Below, piece by piece: positions 35,328-49,040 of a stretch of 64,000 bases of DNA (its first letter is position 1; each line of letters begins with the position of its first letter). The notes under the pieces were generated by a model. It did not search any database and was not told the DNA's origin. It saw only the letters and a program-made list of their open reading frames with translations. The stretch is taken from the NCBI RefSeq assembly GCF_037042905.1, contig NC_087249.1:6884001-6948000 (forward strand). The letters are read 5' to 3'. The position numbers and the translations under genes were made by a program. The DNA comes from Lytechinus pictus. Lineage: Eukaryota.

Positions 35328-37683
35328 AGTGCGGATAACATTTGTCACCACCGTTTTCATCACTTTACCCAACCCCTATTCCAAAGCCCCATTCTTGTCC
35401 GATTCAACGCAATGTCGACGACTGATACAAAGCCAAGTTGCACTTATTGTGTGGGTAATTAAAGAAGATTGAATTCAATCCGTCAGAAGCTCCCCAATAG
35501 GCCATTATCTTTGATAATCATCAAGTTCCTGTCAGGGGAAAATAAAATCATGATTTTAAACATCAAAAAGTCTTTGAAAAGGACAGAGGGTGGTGCGAAA
35601 GGTAGGTCAAAATGAAATTAAATCCAAAAGTATAATGAGGAGTATGATGATATGGGCGTGAACGACAGTGTGGGCTACAGAAGCATTCCTCGACAAATCC
35701 AATTATGATAAACCGTACGGAAAGCAACGAAACATAACATGTGTAACGGTAATTTGTTTCCATAAACTTGATTTTGACATGAGAAGTAAAAAAAAAAAAG
35801 GAAAAAGTTACAATAGGAAGGATAAAAAAACAAGAAATGAGTAGAATTTATAAATTGTAAAATTCCTGACTATGCTTTACTTCATCTTTGTGGTTTTTAA
35901 GTGCTATTTAAATCCAATTTGAATTCAATGTCAAATTTAATTCAAAATTCAATTTCAAATTCAAATTCAAATTCTGGGCGCATTCGAAAAATGTGTATGC
36001 ACGTTTAATATCAATCACCCATTGTCATGCAAAGTATAAGTTAAATATCTTTGGAAAGAAATTCATTATCTTAAAATTGACAAATCATGAGTGAGCGATG
36101 AGTGTCTAACTATTAACAGATATTTTGATGAATATGAAACAGCTGAATAAATTGATTTATGGATTGATCGATTTGCATTTGATGAAAGATAAATAAATAT
36201 GCTTCTTAATTATAGATTCCATAAGTTGATCCCTAATCGCAACAAACCCTCTCCTGTGCCATCGTGACGAATGGCCCCTAAATATTTTTGGCTCATCACC
36301 CCTATGGAATAGAGAGTCGATGAGAACAAAATAATTTCGAAAATTCTCCTCTTAAACATATAAGCTTTACAAGAATCAAAGTCACGAGTGTGAGGTCTTT
36401 CTCTTCTTGAAAGCTCACACCTTCAAACCCTCGCCAGCACTCAATATCATGAATAATTATCATGATTATGGTGTAAGTTTGCAGCGGCAATGGCAGCGGT
36501 TTGGCTCAAGTAATACGAGCAGTTGGAGAAATGTCACGAGGATTCCCAGGGGAGCTAGAGATTACTTTGCGATTAGTTGAGCTCCAGATAAGACCTTGAC
36601 GATATAAAATTTTCACAATTTTATCCATCCTCTGATGAGATTTTATCGTAAGGAGGAAAATAGGCCATCAATGGATGGCAGAAAATAAAGTGCGAACCGC
36701 AATTTTTACGAGAACACAAGATTCAAGAATTTTTCCATACAAAAATACACCCACGCATACAATCCCAGGATTTATAAAATACATATCGGTACAACAGTCC
36801 GACGTCTTTGAAAAAATACCTTCCTTTGGGTTAATATGTCGCCAAATTGTCGAAAGAAGAATTGAAATTGAAAAAATAGCGAATCCTTGCTTTTGACGGT
36901 GCCAAAATTCGGTGCAAATGCCGATGGTATCATACAATTTTCTAAAGGTCATGTTTCAGTATGTGTAATTCATTAAGCAGTCACTCATTACATGTCAAAA
37001 CATATGCTACCCAATACATTAGATGATATAGGGCAGTGACTTGGCTCAAAATGGGGAAAGTGTTATGACCAGCGCCAAGTACTTTCGAAATGAATATTGC
37101 CGGTTTTTATTTTCGTGTTTAACATTAATCATGATTAATTCTCCCATAAACAGCTTAGGACTATAATGGATAAAAATTCATGAAGCATCCCCTGAATGTG
37201 CATGAACGTGTGTATGGCCATAGGACAGTGACTTATGTTTTACTCATCGGTGATAACATTATGAAGGGTGTAAACGATTTTGTTGATTGTTAGAGTATAC
37301 TAGTAATTAGTATCACTTATTCGTACTATTGCTATCTAAATCGAAGCAATTGTAATTATTTAGATGGACGTTTCTTTCGTGATCCGATAGCAGCGTCGAT
37401 CTATAACTGTCTTAGCCAGACAAGATAATGTAATTTGGGAATCAAATATATTCACTTATATTACGATATTCATGTTTTATTACCCCCCCCCCATATAAAT
37501 ATATTGGGATACAAAAGCTTTGAGCTTTTGTATCCCTGACATGCCTGAAGAAGACATGTGTTTAACGTCGAAAATTTGGACTTCAAAATAAACTGTTGGA
37601 GCTAATGCAATTACCACTTTGCCTCATTAATAATATCATATATGTCCAACACGCGGAATGTAATATCGTCATCGTAATATCGT

Positions 37684-37689
37684 TATATA

Positions 37690-37780
<91 letters not shown>
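37684..37780. repeat. (TA)n microsatellite
   Basis: Read directly from the sequence. Confidence 0.97.
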
Positions 37781-37782
<2 letters not shown>

Positions 37783-37906
37783 ACGGATGATTTCCTTGTC
37801 CTTTAACCAAGAATCGGTAGATTTATGGCGTAAAGATTGCTTTAAACGTGTAACCCAAAAGTAACAACTAATTAGGCGAATGAACAAGAAGGTATAAATT
37901 CTTTAA

Positions 37907-38212
37907 CAGCTTCCCTGAAGTGATGTGGTGTAAACCCTGATACCTGGGAGGAATTAGCTGAGGACCGTTCCGCCTGGCGCACCATGGTTAGGGCTGGTGT
38001 GTCGGGCTACGAGTCAAGGCGCGTGGACACCAGGGTCGAAAAGACAGAGCAAGCACCATCGCTGTGCCTGTCCCACTGCCGCCCTTTGCTTGCCCACACT
38101 GCAACATACTTTTTTCGGGCGAAGATTGGTTTATTCAGCCATCTTCAAACCCACAGGTATTTTTAAAGTTGTGTCGTCTTCGCTAGCGTAGGACGAACAT
38201 CATCATCATCAT
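37907..38212 (+). mobile_element. RTE-clade LINE 3' fragment (pseudogenised)
   Basis: ASLK*CGVNPDTWEELAEDRSAWRTMVRAG...CPHC...RAKIGLFSHLQTH (C2H2-like end), short 3' UTR, (CAT)n tail. Confidence 0.85.
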
Positions 38213-39974
38213 AGTTGAAATAGTCTTCAAAATAGTGAACAACTGTTTGAACATTTACATTTAGCATTGATAGCAAATATTCATTAGTTTAATAGTAATT
38301 CAAACAAAGACGAAAATTTTGAAGAGAGATGCTTGTTTTTATTTATTGGCATCTTTTTTCATTTCCCCCTCATGACTTATCCAATCGATCTTTGGCATAC
38401 ATCCGATAGCCCTCATGATGACGTCACAAGAGGATCATAGCTTAACCCAAACCAGATGAGAACATTATGCGAATACACAAATGTTGTAAGTATGTTCTGT
38501 TAAAGAGAAGTTCCGCGAATTTCGCGAAATTCGATGTCAATTATATCTTAAACAATTTCTTTGTCTAGTTCCTAATATTATAAGGAATATGTGCGAGTGC
38601 AAAGCTTTACAACTTATTTGCTGGGTATATAGGCAAGTGACGGGTTGAACAATTTCAACTTTCACCATGTTAACAGGAAAACTTTGCAGATATTTAAGAT
38701 ATTTATTGTTGTCTTGTCGAGCATTTGTCAGCTGAGAATTCCGTTATTAAAGATATACAAAAGGTTGACGCCTTCTTTGCATGCTCCGTGAGTAGATAAA
38801 CTATGTTGTAAATTATGGGAGCCAAGAATTGAAATAATTGAAATTTACTCTTATAAGAATTGATGAGGGAAAGTGAGTTTATGGCGATGTTTGATCCTTC
38901 ATTTGCATATACCAGGTATATATAACATGATTTATGACAAAATTGAAACACATCTTTCTGCGATTTTTCTCTGTTTTATTCAAATCAACTTGAAATTGAG
39001 TTAGACTTGGCCTTAAAGCGAGAGTATTGGCTACGCAACGAAGATGTAATGTCACTTTTCTTTTCTCAAGAGATCTCCAACGTTTAAGATTGTGTCCCCA
39101 TGTTCTTGATATTGCGCCTATATAGATTGCTGTTTTGATTATGGCGTAAAATTGATCTTTTCCCCTACCCAGTCTCTGTCCACACCTAAATAGTTCGATC
39201 TTAGCTAGGAGGGGTGCTATTTTCTTCAAATTACAATGAAATACTGAAACAAAAATGTGTTTTTCAAGAAAGCCTTGCATTTCTTTTTTTATAAGTATTC
39301 TTATTTTGAATCGTTCCGATCTTGTAAATATATAATTATATCGATTTATTTCAATAAAACATAAAAAGGGTTATCTAGATGCGACAGTAAATAGTTTTTG
39401 AAAACTCCAGCGAAAGATTAGACGAATAGCCTACCTGCAGAGTTTCACTTTATTTGCCATCAACGGTGAAAAAGCATGGAAGAAATGGGTTAGTTACGAC
39501 ATGTCACTCGACGGCAGAATTTCATCGTTAATGACGGAATTTACGTAATACAGTGAGTCTCAAACCGAGAAACGTGTGACCCACAATCTGGAAAACTATC
39601 CACCCTTTTTCCACTAAGAAATCAGTCAAATCACAACTTCGATAGGCAACAATTGCAGCCAACGAATTTGACAGGGGGAATCATCAATTACATTCTCTTC
39701 CCCCATCAAACCCCAAAGGCTTCGGAAACAAAAGCACAGCAGACTACACACACATATCAACAACACAAACAAGCTTATTACCATGGCAACGTGACTCAGT
39801 TCACACAAAACGTTGCCCACAATCTCCTCCGGAAAAGTTGGGCTTTGCCCCGCTCCAAGAGAGTCAGCAAATATATTGCAAACTTGTTTCCGTTGCGGAA
39901 ACTCTTTTCATGTTCTGATGCGAGTAAGTGATTGCAATTATTCGGCATTGGTTTGTCTTGCCATAGGCTGTTAA

Positions 39975-40563
39975 AGGGGTACTCCAGGTTGAAAATTATA
40001 TGATCTGAATAGACAAAGAAAAATCAGACAAACAAAACACTGAAAATTTGATCAAAATCGGACAAGGAAAAATAAAGTTATGGCATTTTAAAGATTTGCA
40101 TTATTCAGGTGAAACAGTTTCTAGGCATGAATATTCAATGAGCAAACTGATGATGTCATATCCCCACTTGTTCTTTTGTATTTTATTAGATGAAATTAGG
40201 TTTATTCATTTTTTCCCTTTAAGAACCAAAAGAAATTGAATGACAACTGATCTAGTGCATTACATATTCATTGCTGCTACTTATTTCATTACAAGGGAGA
40301 CATGTCATTCTCAAATGTATGAAAAAAATAAAATAATTATGATTTCATTTGACAACCATGACAACGTAAGAAAAGGACAGTGTGGATGTGACATCATCAG
40401 CCCATCTAATGAATATTCATGACACCGTGCATATAACTGTTTTCACGATATATTCAAGAACTTCACTAATTTTTATCAGATTTTTATTCAATTTTCAGCA
40501 TTTTACTTTATGAATTTTACTCTATTTGTTTAAATATAAATATCTTCCGCCCGAAGTACCCCT
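39975..40563. mobile_element. Kolobok/T2-type MITE, family B
   Basis: TTAA|AGGGGTACTCCAGG...GAAGTACCCCT|TCAA; homologous to the 42713, 44788 and 60100 copies. Confidence 0.8.
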
Positions 40564-41018
40564 TCAAAGAAGGATCGATTTTGGTGTAATTTTAGTCCGT
40601 TTTTAAAATACTTACCCCGAACTGAGATTAAACTGTATTAAACTATATTGGACGTGTTGGACTGTATTGAATTTGATAAAAATCTTCCACAATTACAAAT
40701 TGTCTAAGAATGTACTTATAGACGCGATATATGAGAAACGCTTTACAATTGCCGCGTCGAAACTTGGAACTGCAAGTCCTATTGGAAGCAACATATCGAC
40801 TAATACCTAATTCATTTCCCAAGTGATTACATTAATTTTACATAACTGATAATTTTATGTTTTACTTTTATTTGTGGGCGATATATCACCATGCAGCTGG
40901 CGTATCCGGCATATATTCAGTCTACTCCAAGCGATAGCATGATCCCTTTTGCCTTAAAACTATCAAATTTTAAATTAAAAGATACGTGTTCTGAATAATG
41001 CCAAGAAGGAACACTTAC

Positions 41019-41240
41019 GAAAGATAAATACATTGCTGTATCTTTAAACTGATTCTTTATTTCATTGCGGTTTCTGGCAAAGGATACTCTCGATATATTG
41101 GCTTTTACGGAGGCAGGTGCGTTTTGGCAGAAGACATCTTTAATGTTTCTTGCCATAAAGGGGTGCGGCCATATCACCTTGTTTCATATTCGTGGATCAT
41201 TTTGGATCGTCGCTGTGGGATTATAAGATTTCCATTTTGT
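41019..41240 (-). other. Candidate internal exon of a minus-strand transcript (5' UTR or non-coding)
   Basis: Minus strand: acceptor tttttactgtctttAG|, donor TTC|GTAAGT; 222 nt of unique sequence; no frame is open across the whole exon, though ATG-initiated frames are open to the donor. Confidence 0.45.
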
Positions 41241-42677
41241 CTAAAGACAGTAAAAATTATTTGAGACGTCGCTTAATAATTTGAGACGTATTAAGAAATA
41301 GTACAACCTGATTAATAATCAAACGTATTTTGTACTGCGTGGCCTGTTAAACTGGTTTGTGCAGTTTATATTGACAGCTGTCTGCATTATTTAACCACGG
41401 AGCTAGTTGATAGGTTCATAATTTAACAGTACTTTCGATTGTCCATACTTTCTTTTAGTTATGTCACCATGTTTCTTACACAGTGACAGAAATATATCAC
41501 AAAAATTGTACTTGAGCATACGGGTACAATGAGAGGGAGAAAGTAAGGAAAACAAAATAAAAAAGAAGAATGGAACAAAAAAAATGAGTAGGTGAAAAAG
41601 AGAGATAAAAAGGGAGAAAGAAAGGGAGAGGTGAAGGAAAAGGGAAGCAGGAGAGCATGGAGATCTGCCATGTTCAATCCATGTTCAAATCACGCGGGGG
41701 CTCTCTGGGGAATAATCACATGGATACCGTAGCAAGCAATACGAGAATCATGTGATACTGGCGATTATCAGGAATCATTGAACATATACTTTTGTAGAGG
41801 ATAAGCATGTTTACAGATGCTTATATAATTTCTTCAAGTAAATACAACGATGACGTAACCCCAAGAGATTAAAGACCCAATGCAATATCTATCTTAAAAT
41901 ATGCATTGTTGAGGGGGAAAAATCGTGTGATTACATCAAAATTTAAAAAAATCCGCATTTTCTCATCGAAGCAATCCCATTGAAAGACCAATAAACAGGT
42001 AAATATCATTTATGAATATGACGTTTAGATGACGAAACAAGACGTCATGTTTCATAATTTTATGTCTTTAACGGCTTCCCATGTAGGAGGTTTGTGATAT
42101 TCCCTCATCGAAGAGCCGCCCCAGCCTATTATGTTCACCGCCCACTCCTCAGAGGTTGTGCCAAACCATATATCTATGCGTCACTCCTCACAGCCAATAA
42201 TGCGCCCACGATATACGGGACAGCCCCTTAGTAGCGTAATAAGCCTAACAAAATGAGTAGGTAGTGAGCGAAGCGAGCGAGTAAATATTTTATTCCCTCT
42301 TTAATATAAACATATATTTTTGATAGGTTTTTACCCTTTTCTCTTTCTTTTTATTTTCCTTTCTCCTTTGTTTCTTAGTCGCGATTATTTTTTTCATTTT
42401 CATTTCATTTTTTATTTATTTATTTGATTATTTTATTCATGTATTTATTTATTTGTTTGTTTGAAAATTAATAAAAACCTGCCCTGCTCAAGCTTCTGGC
42501 CTCAAGTAATGTCACTGATCACAATGGTAGAAGAAATTAGACTTTAGGTATACAGGTAATCATTTTAGTGAATTATAGATGTAGCATCAGATTAAAAATT
42601 AAGACGGCGATGACAAAGATGAATCTTAAAAGTACAACTTTACGAGTTGATGGTAATTTACTGTGCCTGTCAGTAGC

Positions 42678-43370
42678 CACATTGTGCTGCACTCAAATCC
42701 AGGTGAGGTTAAAGGGATGGTTCAGGCTGGAAATATCTATATCTCAATAAATAAAGTAAAATTCACAAAGCAAACTGCTGAAATGTGATCTAATAACGAA
42801 GTTATAGATGATGTCATATCCCCACTTGTTCTTTTGTATTTTATTATATGAAATTACTTCGAGGTTTATTCAAAAAATTTCTGCCAAGAACTAGAACAAT
42901 TGGATTGACAACTGATTAAGTGCATTAGTTATTTATTGCCGCAACTTATTTCATCAAAATGGAGACACATCATTTTACACATGTATGAACAAATGAAATA
43001 ATAATAACATAAGAAAATGGAAAGTGGGAATATGACATCATCAGCCCACCTAATGAATATTCATGACGAAGTGCATATAACTGTTTTCACAAAATATTGA
43101 TAAAACTTTGTCATTTGTTATCCGATTTTGATGAAATTTTAGGCATTTTGTTCTGTCAATTTTGCTCTATTTATTTAGATATAAATATTTTCAACCCGGA
43201 CCATCCCTTTAATGGGTACCTGGAAGGAAGGAATTCCTTAAAATTCGTGCGCGCTGTATTAATTACGGCCGCCATTAAGCTACAGCTGGGGTCCTTTAGA
43301 AGTGCATGTGTGGTATGTGCTATACAAGAACTGTTTATTATTGGTATTATTATAATTATTGTTATTATAA
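42678..43370 (+). mobile_element. SINE family A (5'-truncated), split by a family B MITE
   Basis: CACATTGTGCTGCACTC..CCAGGTGAGGTTAA|MITE|TGGGTACC...(ATT)n. Confidence 0.7.
42713..43208. mobile_element. Kolobok/T2-type MITE, family B
   Basis: TTAA TSD at 42709 and 43209; AGGGATGGTTCAGG / CCGGACCATCCCT. Confidence 0.85.
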
Positions 43371-44787
43371 CGTGAATAAATATGACTTCTTGATATCAGG
43401 TAATAGGAATAAAATTATATTAAAAGAGCTAATCTAAATCCACTTCGCAATCCAACACGACTACCATACTACCTTTGATCTGTGCTAGCTCCATGCTTTG
43501 ATAGTCAATATTCTATCAAAAGTCCCAATAAAGCCTTTTCACATTTCATATCTATCTCAGAATAAAAACAGGAAATCACAAATGACACTCGTTTATCCAT
43601 CGCAATAAAGCATGTCAGGTATAGACGCGAAAACCTGGATCATACGTACAAATCCTCGACCAAACTCTGAAATTGTACAGACGGAATTTATTAACCTGTT
43701 CGCAAAATCAATTTCCTCTTTCGTAGAAATTCTCCCTCAACCCACACGTCTCGGCACCCCGGAGTATCGTTATTGCACCTACAGCATGTACAGTATACGG
43801 TTTTCAGCGCGTGCCAAATCAGATATATCTACAAACAATAACTGAAGAAAATGTTTATTGAATCTCCATGAGGAGTGTTTTTATCATTGTTTTAAAATAA
43901 GTTTTTATTTTCAATTCAGAATAAGAAAAAATCTATGCAATGTTTGTTATGCCTCTCGAAGAATGTTTGTAATTGTCCACGTTGCACCCGAAATATCATC
44001 AATCATTTGTGTAAAAGAATAATAGACAGGGAAAAATAATCCCCTAACTTGGCTCTTTCCGCTGAAGGTGTAGAAAAGGAATTATTACACTGATAAAGCA
44101 GCAATTACACATACGTTTACTGCCATCAGAATTGGTAAAGTATTAAAAACTCATAATAATGATCAAACCAAAGAAGAATGCTCCCAACAGCAGAAACAAA
44201 AGCGTCATGACTTTGCAGTCTCCTGAGTCATTCATTATAGAGAAAATGACACCCTTGCGAGTAAACAAGTCACAACCGATTATCCCAGACCTAATTCAAC
44301 ACTCCCCGACAGTCTACATCAATTTTTTTTGTATAATGCCCGCACCTTATAGCCACACTTATTGCAAAACGTAGGTTCCCATGTATCTCTAAATGTAACT
44401 ACCTTCCTGCGTGGTTAGGGAGTGTTTGCAACACTGCGCAGACGCTTTCTGGAACGTTGGGAATCTATTGTCGAAAGCCCTTCATGTCGCAGCAGCCTTT
44501 GTCGAAAATTGGTGAATCAAAACATCAGTGTTGTCCTACACTTTGGACAAACGACACATTTACAATTTTTCGTTAGCTTCGAAATTGATGACAAAACATG
44601 CTATTCCAGGTTCACCTTTTCCGTCAAAGACCTGCCAGCTGGTCTTTGTCATTTGACGGGCATTTTCAATACATTCAATGCGTTCTTGAATCCTCCCTAC
44701 GTCACAGAGATAAAACTCCATAGTATGTTGCTACTCATGCGTAATTTGAATCGTCCAGTTTTGATCTTCAGGATGGTGTATTATTAA

Positions 44788-45634
44788 AGGGGTGGTCCAG
44801 GCTGAAAATATTCATATCTAAATAAATGTATTAAAATTCACAGAGCAAAATGCTGAAAATTTCATCAAAATCGGACAACAAATAACAAAGTTATTGAATT
44901 TTAAAGTTTATCAATATTTTGTGAACAGAAAGTTATATGCACATCGTCATGAATATTCATTTTCTGATGTCATTGCATGAAATCATAAATGTTTCATTTT
45001 TCATTAATGTGAAAACATAGGCGGCGGAAGCGGGGGGAAGGGGGGGGGGGGACCTGTCCCCCCTAAATTTTTTGTTGATAACTTTTTTTTTTTTCTTGTC
45101 AATTTTATTCCCTGCGTCCCCTCCCTCTAAATTCAGATCGACCCCCCCCCTAATTTTGGTGGTACCTCCTTAAATTTTGGTTGATACCTTTTTTTTTTTG
45201 GCTTGACAAATTGTTTACCTGTGGCGATCCATCCCAAAATTTCAGGTGGACCCCCCCCCCTAAATTGTTTGCCTTCCGCCGCCAATGTGTGTAAATGATG
45301 TGTCTCTATTAGTATGAAATAAGTTGCTGCAATCAATAATTAATGCACTTAATCAGTTGTCAATCCAATTGTTTTAGTTCTTGGTAGAAAAATAATGAAT
45401 AAACCTATTTCCCATAATAAAATACAAAATAACAAGTGGGGATATGACATCATCAGCCCACCTAATGAATATTCATAAATACATGCCTAGAACTGTTTCA
45501 CCGGAATAATGCAAATCTTTAAAATTCAATAACTTTTTTATTTGTTATTTTTTTGGGTCAAAGTTTCATCATTTTATTTTGTGAATTTTAATCTATTTAT
45601 TGAGATATAAATATTTCCAGCCTGGACCATCCCT
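44788..45634. mobile_element. Kolobok/T2-type MITE, family B, with a nested hAT-like element
   Basis: TTAA|AGGGGTGGTCCAGGCTG...CAGCCTGGACCATCCCT. Confidence 0.85.
45016..45287. mobile_element. hAT-like MITE with 8-bp TSD (related end fragment at ~58015-58151)
   Basis: TIR CATAGGCGGCGGAAG / CTTCCGCCGCCAATG; flanks TGTGAAAA/TGTGTAAA. Confidence 0.75.
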
Positions 45635-46470
45635 TAAATATCCCCGTTTTGCGCCAGTCAAGCATAATTGGCCCATCATTCACATTGCCCACATCTGTAT
45701 GGAATAACACCCACACGAATCGTCACAATTATCTTCTAATAACCATGATGTATTTGACGATTGACGGATGCGTCATTTGCATTGTCTTCTTTAAGAAATA
45801 TTTGTGCATGTCAATACCTCGACCCCTTTAATTATGCGTTTGGAAAAAGTTTACACTTGCATACTATTGAAGTAAACTAGCACATTACTACTTCTCCTCA
45901 ATAAGAAATAAAAAGATGAGTAGGTGAATAAAAAAAATATGCACCCATACAAACAATAGTAGTGCTGTGCAAAGTAGTGGGTAAAATAGATAACGAAGTT
46001 AGCCCACACTGAACCATGAATCTAAACAGGGGATTACCACACACTCAAACACACACTCGGGACTACTCATCAACAAGTAATTTCATGAGCTTAATAGGTA
46101 TTTGACTGACTAATAATGTAATTAGGGATCTGCTAACACTGGCAAGAGTGACTTGCTAATTAGACGTCATTAAGTTATTAACACGGAACTTGTCATTAAT
46201 TGATAAAGGTTTATCGATATAATGTAGTTTCAAAGCATTATCTTTACAATCTACTTTATATTCCAAATACTAATAATCTCGATGTACGATTGGTCAAAAG
46301 TAAATCAAGTGGCAAGAAAATGTTTGCCTATCAACCCTCCCATGAATAGAAGTCATATAGGCGCTGCAAACCATAATGAAGAAACACTCTCTTTAGCCTA
46401 AATAAAATCACATTTCGCAACCTCATGATGTATTTGTGAACATCGGTATCGATATATTTTTTAAAAGAAA

Positions 46471-46700
46471 TCTAGTGGTTACGACTCTCGTCTTTCAATC
46501 AGAGGGACGTGGGTTCGAATCCCAGCCATGGCGTATTTTTCCTTCAGTAAGAAATATACCCACACGGTGCTGAACTCAACCCAGGTGAAGTGAGTAGGAA
46601 TGTACTGAGCGCTAGAAGGCAGCTCGAGCCAGAGCCTGGATAATGATTATTGTTATAATTATAATTATTCTTATCATCATCATCATCATTATTATTACAT
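46471..46700 (+). mobile_element. tRNA-derived SINE, family A
   Basis: TAGTGGTTACGACTCTCGTCTTTCAATCAGAGGGACGTGGGTTCGAATCCC, near-identical to the 31655 head; (ATT/ATC)n tail. Confidence 0.8.
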
Positions 46701-47320
46701 AATCGTAATTGATTTTCTTGAATAAAAAAACCACGGAGGTAAACCTCCACCAGGTGATAAAATTACACCCATATGACACCAGAGTGTGAAAGTAACATCC
46801 AAAGGTGTTGTAATAACACCCTTGTGTGTTGAACCGACACCGTAAATTTAACACCAGAGTAAAATAACTGATGTGGTGCTCCATTTACACCGACTAACAC
46901 CAGAGTTGTTTGCTGTGTAGTATGAACCATCATGTGGACCTAGAGTATAGGTCCATGGATGAACCCAACACTCTCTTTTCTGCTGGCGCCAAAAGGGGTT
47001 GGAAGGAAAAATTGTAAAGTTCATGTAATGCATGGTCCTGACTCGACTGAAGCCGGTGTCACCGCGAGTGCACCTGTCCAAAATTAATTCGAGATGATGC
47101 ATCAACTCTTTTTTTTTCGTTTTTCTTCTTAAAATCAGGGCGTGTTCTCTAATCAAGATGGGGAGAATAAAAGAGAGAGAGGGGGAGGGGGAAACGTGAG
47201 AGAGGGGGAGATAGGGGAGGCTATGATTTTCTTTGTCATGTTGTTTCTTGTAAGAATTCCAAGGCGATGTTGCAAATTATGAAAATTGATAAGAGAGGGA
47301 GTGAGAGAGAGAGAGAGAAA

Positions 47321-47804
47321 AGGTGGTTTCAAACCGCCTCGATCACAAGAATCCATGAATCCCCGTTAAATTACGAGAACTTTTTAAGGCTGAAAAATAC
47401 CCATTAATTATTCCTGCATTCACACCGCCCTGAAACATACCCTTCGGAAGAAGTTCCTGAAGTTACGAGCATGCGCAGTATGGTCTGATAAGCAGCAAGG
47501 CGCGAAATTCAAAATCACTAGCCCAGCAGCAACCCATGCACGGCGCCGCACCCAATTACGACACGCTGGGCTAAAAGTTCCCGTAATTTGCTTTCAGACC
47601 GCCAAAATACCCACGACCTTGGAAAAATCCCCGCGAAAGTTCTCGTAATTTCGCCAAGTACCTACTATTTATCGGGTATTTTCTTTCGGGAATATTACGC
47701 GTAGTTTGCTTTCACACCGCCAAAATACCTGGTATTTTCTGATCGGGGTAAATTTCCCGATCAGAGAATACCTGGAACTGGCGAACTTCGAGGCGGTCTG
47801 AAAC
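47321..47804. mobile_element. Harbinger-like MITE inserted in a (GA)n tract
   Basis: TIR GTTTCAAACCGCCTCGA / TCGAGGCGGTCTGAAAC; internal TTCA(C/G)ACCGCC repeats; superfamily tentative. Confidence 0.65.
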
Positions 47805-47844
47805 AAGCAAGAGAAAGAGAGAGAGAGGGGATGGGGGGAGAGAC

Positions 47845-48080
47845 TGGATTCAGTGGTAAGGCACCAGCCTCATGAACGGAAAGGCGTGGGTTCGATTCCC
47901 AGCCAGTAAGTATGCCACTCGTATACCAACGTCTTACAAAAACATTTTATTCTGCCTTCTCGATAGGCACTCGAAATTTAACTATCGGATAGAGGACGGT
48001 ACTCATAGCATTATGTCACGCAGGGCCAGTTATTCAACTTAGGCTGCCCTCGGTATAAAATTAAAGGCTTTCATTATCCT
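47845..48080 (+). mobile_element. tRNA-derived SINE, family B (diverged)
   Basis: TCAGTGGTAAGGCACCAGCCTCATGAACGG...GTGGGTTCGATTCCC head matches the 17987 copy. Confidence 0.65.
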
Positions 48081-48479
48081 TAATATCTTAATTATAAAGC
48101 GTAAATGTAAGGGATCCGCGGGGGAAGGGGTGGAGGTGAACGATGGGGTTGTAGTAAAAACAAATGACCGGGTGCAAAAGTGGTGACGATGACTCGACTT
48201 AACACTTACATGAGTTTGCTATTGCTCGACCACCCTGTCTATGGAAATGGGAGGGGGAGCGGGGCATTTACCGTGTTTACTGATCGTATCAGGGGTAAAC
48301 AAGGGGTGACAAGAGAGTCCCAAGTTTTACGAAAAAGCCGTTTAAAGAAAAAGACGATCGTCATCTTGCCAACCAGTGTAAGCACTCATGCAGTTACGTT
48401 CCGTTACCATGGAAATCTAAAGACCGAAAAAACCGGAGTGTAATAAAATTGACACTAGTGTCCCAGGAGGTTAAACTCT

Positions 48480-49040
48480 GAGGAAAAATCCAACAAAAAG
48501 TTTCTTCAAAATCGGATGTATGGATGTATATCAAGAAAGTTATGACATTTCGAAGTTTTCTTTAATTTCACAATACAGTTCTATTCACATCCTTGTCAGC
48601 ATGCACATGAGGGGACTGATGACACCACCCACGCACTATTTCTTTTGTATTTCATGATATGAAATATTTCAATTTTCTCCTCGTCATCATGTGAAACAAA
48701 GCTTTATTTCCTCCCTGAACATGCGCAATCACATTTGTGGTTCACTCAAGTTGGTATTTATAGTCAAATCTGTAAGATAAAAAATAAATATTGAATAATT
48801 CAAACAGTGAAACACAAAAGAAATAGTGAGCGCGGGACATCATCGACTCTCTCATTTTCATAATCATTTAATTGTGCATATAAATGTTCTGTGCAAAATA
48901 AATGAAACTTTAAAAAATCTGTCTTTTCAGAACTTTCTTACTTTACATCCGAATTTGATGAAATTTTCTGCGTTATGTTTGTTATTTCTTTCTCTCTATA
49001 CTGATTCAAGTTAGCATTTTTCTGAGGTGGACTTTACTTT
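48480..49040. mobile_element. Kolobok/T2-type MITE, family A (degraded ends)
   Basis: Colinear similarity to 24746-25305 (CAAAATCGGATG, AAGTTATGACATTT, CACTATTTCTTTTGTATTTCAT, GGTGGACTT). Confidence 0.75.

Noticed and set aside
14920..37887. ORFs with THTH, YIYI or FIYL repeats
   Set aside because: Translations of microsatellites
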